IMG/VR virus record: IMGVR_UViG_3300018080_000003
Coordinates: 79,728-143,727 of that record
Origin: a virus
DNA: 64,000 bases
Reading direction: 5' to 3' (one strand)
Of the stretch, positions 52,530-59,527 are shown piece by piece. A program made the position numbers and the translations under genes. The notes under the pieces were generated by a model. The model did not search any database. It was not told where the DNA came from and was given only the letters and a program-made list of their open reading frames with translations. Every line of letters begins with the position of its first letter. Position 1 is the stretch's first letter.

Positions 52530-53371
52530 GACCGCGTGAATACCCTGAAAAGAAGGAAAGCTCCAAGCGCTACACCGCCAACGATGAGCATCTCGTCACC
52601 ACCCAGCGTGTTGATGATGCTTGGCCGAGGCTGGCCGCTGCCAGGGTCTATGACCGGGAGGCCCATCGGTGAATCGATGGGTCCCTTCCCCTTGTCCACC
52701 CAGCGCTGGATGGGACCTTGCCAGACCTGGTCGGCGATCTTCGTATGCCCATGGCCCAGCGGGTACGAGGGGAAGTGGGCCAAGATGACGTTCCCTAGCT
52801 GCCAGACCTCCTCAGGCGCCGGTGTGATCCCAAAAAAGTCGCTCCGGCGCGTGAAGAGCTGTCCCGTTCGGTCCTCGACTGCGGCCTGAATAGCCTTCAG
52901 GTTCTCGATACCTGTCGCCCACTGACCGTTGGGGTTCGGAGAGGCTGTCGCGATGAAGAGCTTGTCCCCGGGCCCCACGACGGTGTCGACCGCAAACTGG
53001 GTGAAGCCCTCGATCGCAGGAGGGACACGGCCCTGCTTGTTCACCCAGGTCGACGTGTACGTAGCGTCAGCCAGATGGACCGCAGCCGTGCGCTTGCGAT
53101 AGTTGTCATCAAGCAAGCATCGCTTCACAAGGCTACCGCCCGCGCTGAAAGCGCCCCAGTAGATGTCCTCCACCTCGGCGCCAGGGACGTTCACCTTCGT
53201 GAAGAGAAGCTCCGGGGCCAACATCAGCTGCTCGCCGATATTTGGGCAGTCCGGGCGGCCCGTCTTTCGGCCATCACCAGTGCAGCTGATAAACTTGCGC
53301 GTCGACCCCTGAAGCGTGGCCCCAGGGACCTGGAATTCTGCAACCGGTCCTGTCCAAACGACGAGCTTCAT
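52526..53371 (-). CDS. Alpha/beta-hydrolase-like protein with C-terminal TM anchor
   Basis: WGAFSAGG nucleophile elbow, LAD, GH; LIVGGVALGAFLLF. Confidence 0.55.
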   Translation of the reverse strand: MKLVVWTGPVAEFQVPGATLQGSTRKFISCTGDGRKTGRPDCPNIGEQLMLAPELLFTKVNVPGAEVEDIYWGAFSAGGSLVKRCLLDDNYRKRTAAVHLADATYTSTWVNKQGRVPPAIEGFTQFAVDTVVGPGDKLFIATASPNPNGQWATGIENLKAIQAAVEDRTGQLFTRRSDFFGITPAPEEVWQLGNVILAHFPSYPLGHGHTKIADQVWQGPIQRWVDKGKGPIDSPMGLPVIDPGSGQPRPSIINTLGGDEMLIVGGVALGAFLLFRVFTRS

Positions 53372-53979
53372 GATCCGATGCCAAGTTCTCGCACTTCGTT
53401 GCCGTTGACGACCAAGTACTCGAAGAAAAGGTCTTCCAGGCCATGGCCCCAGACTCCGTAGTAATCAGGCTCCTCGTAGATCTTCTCGTAGGCCCGAGCA
53501 AGCGACCAAACAAGCCAGCCCACCGTCATGCAGTAGTAAGGACTGCGCCGCGCCAGATCATATGGCTGGACTTCGACACCCACCGCTTGGTTGAGCGGAT
53601 AGTCGATGTTTGCTCGCATCGCCAAAGCATCTGGACTCCTGTGCCTGCCGTAGCTTCCAGTGACCACCTTCTCCATGTAGCGAACAGAGGAGGTTGCACG
53701 ACGAGGCTTGCCGTTCACTCTCACCGCCACCTTAGTGGCCCCGGAAATGAGAGCATCGGCAGCATGCGGGCCGAAACGAAGCACATCGATCAGCTTCAAG
53801 TCCAGAGAGATGTTGCGAGATGACAGAGCACTAGGCTCCTCTGCCATCTTGAATCGCTTGTCCATCAGCTTGGGCTCAGGCACAGACACCCAGTCAGGAG
53901 ACGGCTTCGTGTCCCAATTGCCCATGAACTTCGCACGCAGCTCCTTTGGAGCTTTCAACTCTCTCGGCGTAACCATCAT
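53368..53979 (-). CDS. Hypothetical protein
   Basis: IDYPL...YEKIYEE...YGVWGH..EDL motif; AAGGAG RBS. Confidence 0.7.
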   Translation of the reverse strand: MMVTPRELKAPKELRAKFMGNWDTKPSPDWVSVPEPKLMDKRFKMAEEPSALSSRNISLDLKLIDVLRFGPHAADALISGATKVAVRVNGKPRRATSSVRYMEKVVTGSYGRHRSPDALAMRANIDYPLNQAVGVEVQPYDLARRSPYYCMTVGWLVWSLARAYEKIYEEPDYYGVWGHGLEDLFFEYLVVNGNEVRELGIGS

Positions 53980-54197
53980 CGTCTCCTTGGCGTCAAGCCA
54001 TGCGCGTGCATCATCCCGTAGCGCATCCCATGCTGAGGCGCGCGCTGCGGGCTACTGCAAGGCTTCATCGACACGTCTCCACAGCGACTACACCGAAACA
54101 CCAGCCAAAGCTGGCCCGACTGGTCATACGCACTGCCCATCAACGCGTACGGATGCGCCCCGATGGGCGCTGTGGGAACCTGCCGATGGTCGATCAT
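53976..54197 (-). CDS. Small Zn-finger protein
   Basis: CSRC...C...H; coupled. Confidence 0.6.
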   Translation of the reverse strand: MIDHRQVPTAPIGAHPYALMGSAYDQSGQLWLVFRCSRCGDVSMKPCSSPQRAPQHGMRYGMMHAHGLTPRRR

Positions 54198-54691
54198 CGC
54201 GTGTCCTGAAGATGGCGCGGAAAGCGTCCCCGAGGATGGCGCTGACGGTAGTTCTTGCGAGCCGTCCGAAGGGCGATGGCCACCGCCTGCTTCTGCGGGA
54301 AACCTTCGTCCATGAGCATCGAGATGTTGTCGCTGATCATCTCACGCGACCAGCCACGTCGCAGCGGATTCTTCTCGTAGGGCGCATGAAAGTTGTACTC
54401 GTCTGTCACATCGCCACGATGGTTGACGACACGAAAACGGCCCTGCCAACCGTAATCCTCCTGAGAAGACTCAAGACTCGAAACCGCTTTTTTGCGAGAA
54501 GAGAAAGGCTGGTCAAACCAAGCTCCAGTGCTGACCCACCCTTCCCCAGGGATATGTTGCTCGATATACCAGAGGGGCTTCCCGGAGTTCGCGATGTAGA
54601 AGTCCATCGCGCCCCCGTGCTTCAGCAGCTCTTCTCTCGACACATCGATCGTGACCGTGTCATCATGCTTCTTACGCCTACGCTTCGCCAT
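54194..54691 (-). CDS. Two-domain protein; C-terminus resembles the small basic phage protein PLKKG.S...IS.NI......G.PQKQAVAIA
   Basis: NPLRRGWSREMISDNISMLMDEGFPQKQAVAIAL. Confidence 0.7.
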   Translation of the reverse strand: MAKRRRKKHDDTVTIDVSREELLKHGGAMDFYIANSGKPLWYIEQHIPGEGWVSTGAWFDQPFSSRKKAVSSLESSQEDYGWQGRFRVVNHRGDVTDEYNFHAPYEKNPLRRGWSREMISDNISMLMDEGFPQKQAVAIALRTARKNYRQRHPRGRFPRHLQDTR

Positions 54692-55073
54692 CTTCCTTCA
54701 TCACCTGTTCGTAGATATCCAGAGGGGGCTCCGACTCCATCAGGTCTTCACCAGTGACGGCCGGCATCGACGGTTGGGTGTCCGTCTTCGGGACAGTGTC
54801 GGGCTCCGTGTCCGGAGGTGGAGGGACGGATTGCCTGAAATTCCTCAGGATCCATTCGTCCCATCCCTTGTGGATCTCTTTGACCCCCTTGTCAGATCCA
54901 AGAATCCGCTGAATCTCGCCAACCGGATCACCCCCGGCTGCCGCGATACCCTGCGCTGCCTTCAGAGCGATCGACGTGATGCTCGCGACGATCCCTGCCG
55001 GGCCCGGAGCGGCTGACGCCGCCTTCGCTACCTCCGAGGCCTGGCCCAGTGCTTCCGCTACTTCCTTGCTCAT
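54678..55073 (-). CDS. Hypothetical Ala-rich protein
   Basis: GAGGA RBS; overlapped by the tail of the upstream gene. Confidence 0.7.
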   Translation of the reverse strand: MSKEVAEALGQASEVAKAASAAPGPAGIVASITSIALKAAQGIAAAGGDPVGEIQRILGSDKGVKEIHKGWDEWILRNFRQSVPPPPDTEPDTVPKTDTQPSMPAVTGEDLMESEPPLDIYEQVMKEDGEA

Positions 55074-55509
55074 CTTTCTGTTCCTCGCACTTGATGATCC
55101 CCAAGGGGATGACAGGGAGCTTCTTCGGGAAAATCAGCCGAAACTTGCAGTACGCATCCTTCAACTCCCGAAGAGCCGTAGTTGTATCAGCCCCTTCCTC
55201 AAGCATCGTAGCCCATTTGTCATGAGCAAGCTGAAGCGAATCCCACGCCTGCCAAACAGGCTTCCAGGCACGCTTCACGTCGTTGATCGCAGCCACGGCT
55301 TCGAGACGACCCCCACCGGCAGCCTTGACCGCCTTGAGCGCATCCATGCCGTCTTCATTGTAGCTCTCCAAGATCCAAGGAAGCATGTCGTTGGTGCTCT
55401 GCGCGATGGCGTTCGCCGTCTGAGCCTGAACAATGCGAGCCTGAGAACTGCAGCCCATGCTGCCAAGCGACAGCAGGACGACCAACAACACCACAAACTT
55501 CCTGAGCAT
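54928..55509 (-). CDS. Putative lipoprotein
   Basis: MLRKFVVLLVVLLSLGSMG-C signal peptide and lipobox. Confidence 0.65.
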   Translation of the reverse strand: MLRKFVVLLVVLLSLGSMGCSSQARIVQAQTANAIAQSTNDMLPWILESYNEDGMDALKAVKAAGGGRLEAVAAINDVKRAWKPVWQAWDSLQLAHDKWATMLEEGADTTTALRELKDAYCKFRLIFPKKLPVIPLGIIKCEEQKDEQGSSGSTGPGLGGSEGGVSRSGPGRDRREHHVDRSEGSAGYRGSRG

Positions 55510-55877
55510 CAGAACTTCTCCTCGATGATCTCTTCCAAGCCAGCCGGCGTCAGCCACCGCTTGTCCAGATCCAACAGATGAAACACCGCAAACGTCCCAC
55601 CGATGGCGCCGATGTAGAGGGGGAGCTTTTTCGCAGCTTCCTTCTCCTCTTCCGTCTCAGCGCCCTCTATCAAAGCCTTGATGATGATGGCGCCGATCCC
55701 AATCCCGCCAGCCACGCCGGCAGCTACGTACAGCTGCATGTCACGTCGGTCGATATCGCGCTGGACCTTGTCCCACAGCTCCGGCGTCTTGTGCAGCGGG
55801 GGAAGGGAAGTGTCGTCACCGATCATCGCAAGCCTCGGGGACGCGCCTTCTGGCCACTGAAACACTGCAACATGCAA
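55509..55877 (-). CDS. Two-TM membrane protein (likely start ATG 55826)
   Basis: Gly-rich hydrophobic helices. Confidence 0.65.
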   Translation of the reverse strand: MHVAVFQWPEGASPRLAMIGDDTSLPPLHKTPELWDKVQRDIDRRDMQLYVAAGVAGGIGIGAIIIKALIEGAETEEEKEAAKKLPLYIGAIGGTFAVFHLLDLDKRWLTPAGLEEIIEEKF

Positions 55878-56461
55878 GGCCCACAGTAGGTGATGGGCAT
55901 CCCGGTCACAGTATACGCGATCGAGTCTGCCGCCATCTCGACTTGATCGTCACTCCGCTGGTTCCAGAGCTTGAACCACTTGCGGGTGTACTTGTCCGGC
56001 TCTCGGTCCCCAATCCAGATCGCTTCTTCGTCCCCTCGGTCAGGTGACACCCACATGCCTGGGTACATGAAGTCAGCCGCATGCCCGAACTCATGCGTGA
56101 TGATGGCGACAAGCGTCTCTAGCGGCAGCTCAGCCGCCTGGGGCGCTAGGATGATGTACTTCCCGTCCGTGCGGCAAGCTGCATAGTGACGGGGGCTGTC
56201 ACGAACAGCCTCGTCTACGATGAGCTGGACCTTACAGAGCTTCTTGAGTGGATTCCCACCGTTCGGGCGATACTCCGCAAAGACGTCTCTTACAGCGTCG
56301 AAGTGCGGCTCTAGGACGGCCGCGGCAAGCTCCAGATCATCCGCCACTTCACCTAAAGAACCGCGCCCCTTTGTGACGCTTCTGGATCTGAGACTTGGCA
56401 GCTTTTCTCGTTCTCGCTCGGACGTGACCGGCAATGTCGCCGTCCTCGCTCTCGAACTCAT
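55823..56461 (-). CDS. HExxH zincin-like protein (true start probably near 56347)
   Basis: IITHEFGHAAD...EMAAD. Confidence 0.6.
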   Translation of the reverse strand: MSSRARTATLPVTSEREREKLPSLRSRSVTKGRGSLGEVADDLELAAAVLEPHFDAVRDVFAEYRPNGGNPLKKLCKVQLIVDEAVRDSPRHYAACRTDGKYIILAPQAAELPLETLVAIITHEFGHAADFMYPGMWVSPDRGDEEAIWIGDREPDKYTRKWFKLWNQRSDDQVEMAADSIAYTVTGMPITYCGPCMLQCFSGQKARPRGLR

Positions 56462-56552
56462 ACAGAGTTTCGCCTACACCCCAGTATCGGCCAAACTCAT
56501 CATACCCACCTCGATCCAAGCGGACCTGGCGCAAGTAGAACTTTTCACCCAT
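56349..56552 (-). CDS. Conserved small phage protein
   Basis: RVRLDxGGYD..G.YWG...VRARTRKAAK pattern. Confidence 0.7.
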   Translation of the reverse strand: MGEKFYLRQVRLDRGGYDEFGRYWGVGETLYEFESEDGDIAGHVRARTRKAAKSQIQKRHKGARFFR

Positions 56553-57024
56553 GACGGCGGACTGCCTGGCCCTGTTGGGCCATCTGGGCACAGCGAGCAC
56601 TCACTTGCTGCTCACCCGCCGGGTTGATGTAGCCGCGGCTCCGTGCCTCGCTGAGGTGTCGCTCACACTCCCCACGCTCGATGCGAAGCGGAAACTTGAA
56701 GCCACAGTTCCGGCACTTGAGCTGGTTCGGGCACCAGGCGTTCTCGTGCGGGAGGTACATCCAACTGGTAGGCTCACGAACGAACTGCGTGCCCCGGAAG
56801 GCGATCGCCGGGTTCACGCCGTACTTCATCGAGACCAGCTCGGGGTACTCCACCATGAGCTGGCTAGGCGTGCCGCAGCCCTGACACTCGAAGGTCAGCG
56901 CGCAGCCCTGAGGCGTGATGTGAGTCTTGACGGCGTCATGCCGCTTGAGCCCATCGGCACCCTCGAAGACGCCGTTGAAGCTCTGGATGACATCCGTGAA
57001 AGTGTCGTAATTGCTCGAACTCAT
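56545..57024 (-). CDS. Zn-ribbon protein
   Basis: CQGC...CRNC. Confidence 0.7.
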   Translation of the reverse strand: MSSSNYDTFTDVIQSFNGVFEGADGLKRHDAVKTHITPQGCALTFECQGCGTPSQLMVEYPELVSMKYGVNPAIAFRGTQFVREPTSWMYLPHENAWCPNQLKCRNCGFKFPLRIERGECERHLSEARSRGYINPAGEQQVSARCAQMAQQGQAVRRHG

Positions 57025-57025
57025 C

Positions 57026-57340
57026 TCAGCTGTCTCCCTTTTCGTCGAAGCTCACAGGAATCTCCTCTTCTTCCTCTTTCTTGGGCTTTTCGACCAGAGG
57101 AGAAGTAGCGAGGATCATCTTCAGCCTGCCGGGCACCTTGTCCCGAGTCAAGAAGCTCGCGCGATCGATGATCTCCCACAGGCGAGCCTGCCAGCCCGTC
57201 ATCTGAGTGTGGTCTTTGCGCGGAGAGATGTTGACGATGAGGTAGAGCGTCACCGCGATGGCGACCTCGGGGTTCGCCTGGACCCAGGCCCAGGCCGCAG
57301 TGAGGTACTGCGATACATTCATAAGAAGAAGGGTGAACAT
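57026..57340 (-). CDS. Small membrane protein, holin-like candidate
   Basis: One TM segment and a charged C-terminal tail. Confidence 0.5.
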   Translation of the reverse strand: MFTLLLMNVSQYLTAAWAWVQANPEVAIAVTLYLIVNISPRKDHTQMTGWQARLWEIIDRASFLTRDKVPGRLKMILATSPLVEKPKKEEEEEIPVSFDEKGDS

Positions 57341-57344
57341 GTTC

Positions 57345-58385
57345 TCAGCCTGCTGTCAGTAGGTTTCGGAGGAGGGTGTTGACCTGAGCGAGCGTGAGAT
57401 CTTGCGACTCCAGCGTCGTCAGTAGAGCTTGGATGGATGCTTGGTCCGCGGCCTTGGCGTCGAGGACGGCCTGCTCCCCTGCGGTGGGAAGCGTGGGAGA
57501 GAACCCACTGGGCGTAACAAGAGTAACCTTTGTGATGCTGCCATTCAAGAGCGCTGCGTACCAAACGCCCGCGCCATCTGTGTACTGAATGGGGACAACC
57601 TCTGCGCCGACCTCCGGCTCGAAGTCGAATTCTGCCGGAACCGTGGGATCTGGCCAAAGAATAGCGCCAGGCGGAAGCGTCGAAGCGTCAAAGCCGACGG
57701 GGACCTCAGGCGTCGGGAAGGATGCGGGGTCTGCTACACCAGCAAGCTCCTCATCCATCGCCGCAAACAATCCAGGAATATCAACAGCTTGGGAATATGC
57801 TCCGGTCGCATACAGGTTGCCCCTCAAGGGGTTCTGCGTTCCGAAGGAGCCCCAAAAGAGAGGGTTTGGATGCGTTCCTTGCCCCACCGCGATGCTTCCG
57901 ACCGGCGTGACAGCATCGTCGAAGTAGATCGTCGCGACGCCAGCGTCGTAGACCACCGCAACCTTGTAGTCCTGGTTGTTCGAGACGGTGGCCACGAACT
58001 GGAGGCTGCTGCCATTCCACAGGTAGAGCGTACTGGTGTCCCGGTAGAGAGAGAACTCATCCCCATCAGGAGCGCTGTCTGCCCAGACGTTCTGGAAGCC
58101 ACTGGCTACCGTAAAACGGAACAAAGAAAAGAGCGTGACCGTGCTCTGTCCCGTCAGATCGAGGCCACTATCATAGCCAGCGTCGGCGGCCGTGATCCCA
58201 GCAGCAGGACCGGAGCCGTCCCCTAGTGGATCAGCCAGGATGTCCGGGGCCGCACCAGCGTCTGCGAGAGACGCGTCATTGCCAGCATCGGAAGAATCCT
58301 CCCAACCAGACGCATTCGGGCCTCCCGTCGTGCGAAGGAGGAGCTGCAGAGCAGTTCCGAGCGTTGTGAAAGATGAGAGGGCCAT
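57345..58385 (-). CDS. LamG/concanavalin-A-like virion protein
   Basis: Beta-rich; YKVAVVYDAGVATIYFD...LFWGS...GNL pattern. Confidence 0.6.
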   Translation of the reverse strand: MALSSFTTLGTALQLLLRTTGGPNASGWEDSSDAGNDASLADAGAAPDILADPLGDGSGPAAGITAADAGYDSGLDLTGQSTVTLFSLFRFTVASGFQNVWADSAPDGDEFSLYRDTSTLYLWNGSSLQFVATVSNNQDYKVAVVYDAGVATIYFDDAVTPVGSIAVGQGTHPNPLFWGSFGTQNPLRGNLYATGAYSQAVDIPGLFAAMDEELAGVADPASFPTPEVPVGFDASTLPPGAILWPDPTVPAEFDFEPEVGAEVVPIQYTDGAGVWYAALLNGSITKVTLVTPSGFSPTLPTAGEQAVLDAKAADQASIQALLTTLESQDLTLAQVNTLLRNLLTAG

Positions 58386-58388
58386 GGG

Positions 58389-58973
58389 TCAGGAGAAAGT
58401 CGGGACGCGGAACAACGTGAACTCACTGTTCGGTCCAATTCCGGCTCCGAGATTGGAGACGAGATCAAAGGAGGTGATGTTCGTCGCACCGATGCCAGAA
58501 AGCTTGGTGGTGAAGTCACCTACACGCTCAGTGAGCGCAGGGAGGTAGTCCTCTTGGGCAATCAGCGTGCGAATGAACCGCGGAGCACCTCGGATAGCGC
58601 TGCAGCTGATGTAGGACATGAACAGCCCCTTCGCGCTGAAAGATCCGTTCTGAGACTGGGTGTCGATCAACCGCAACGTGTTCGAGAGGAAGTTATTCTC
58701 GGTTGTCAGGCTGTCATTGATCCTACGTTGGAAAGAGGTATCTCCAGCAACAGCAGGGATGCCGTTTGGCAGAAAACTCAGCCTGACGTCTCCGATGCCA
58801 GGGCGCATCGCGTACTGGCCGACCAGGAGCCATGCGCCGTCCGCGTTCCCGTCCAACCCCGAGAACGTGACACTGGTCACGAACCCTCCGGTTCGGATCT
58901 GCTGCAGGCGCTCAAAAGGCAGACCCCCGCGCTGAATCACGCCTGCCACCATTGTCAGAAAGGGGTCTGCCAT
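58389..58973 (-). CDS. Beta-sandwich fibre-tip-like structural protein
   Basis: SVTFSGLDGNADG...NITSFDL...IGPNSEFTLF. Confidence 0.6.
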   Translation of the reverse strand: MADPFLTMVAGVIQRGGLPFERLQQIRTGGFVTSVTFSGLDGNADGAWLLVGQYAMRPGIGDVRLSFLPNGIPAVAGDTSFQRRINDSLTTENNFLSNTLRLIDTQSQNGSFSAKGLFMSYISCSAIRGAPRFIRTLIAQEDYLPALTERVGDFTTKLSGIGATNITSFDLVSNLGAGIGPNSEFTLFRVPTFS

Positions 58974-58981
58974 GTCCTACC

Positions 58982-59425
58982 TCAGTTGGCTCCCGTCAGC
59001 GTCGTGAGCGCCGAAGGAGAAACCGGCTCGTTGGTGAACTCCATCGAGTCGAGCTTCAGTCGCCACGGGTTCTCGACCTGCTCCTCGACGTTGATGCCGT
59101 GGGAGTTGGCCATCATCTTCACGACACTGACGAACTGCTTCCCCATGTCGTCGATGGCCTTGGTGCGAGTCTCCATGTCCTCCTTCAAGGCACGAAGCTG
59201 GCTCCGGAGGTCGGCGGCTCGCATCGCTTGGTTCGCAAGCTGAATCTTCTGATTCGCCATCTGCTGGTCCAAGTCTCTGAGAGCCATCTGCTGGTCTTCC
59301 GTGAGGGAGACCGTCTGGTAGTTGGGTGCCGCGGATGCGGTCCCATTGCTCTTCGACCGAGAAGAGGTCTTCTTCTTGGTCGGAGTGCGCTTACGAGTTG
59401 TCGTCTTCTTCTTTCTTGCAGTCAT
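58982..59425 (-). CDS. Coiled-coil protein with basic N-terminus (possible fibre chaperone)
   Basis: GAGGT RBS; heptad pattern. Confidence 0.6.
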   Translation of the reverse strand: MTARKKKTTTRKRTPTKKKTSSRSKSNGTASAAPNYQTVSLTEDQQMALRDLDQQMANQKIQLANQAMRAADLRSQLRALKEDMETRTKAIDDMGKQFVSVVKMMANSHGINVEEQVENPWRLKLDSMEFTNEPVSPSALTTLTGAN

Positions 59426-59527
59426 ATTCCACCTCAAAACAAAGGTGGCGATCACGCTCGGTCGAGCGGAGGTGGACTCGCTTCCCCTAGCGCGATCACC
59501 GTTGACGCCACCTTGCCAGATGAAACA

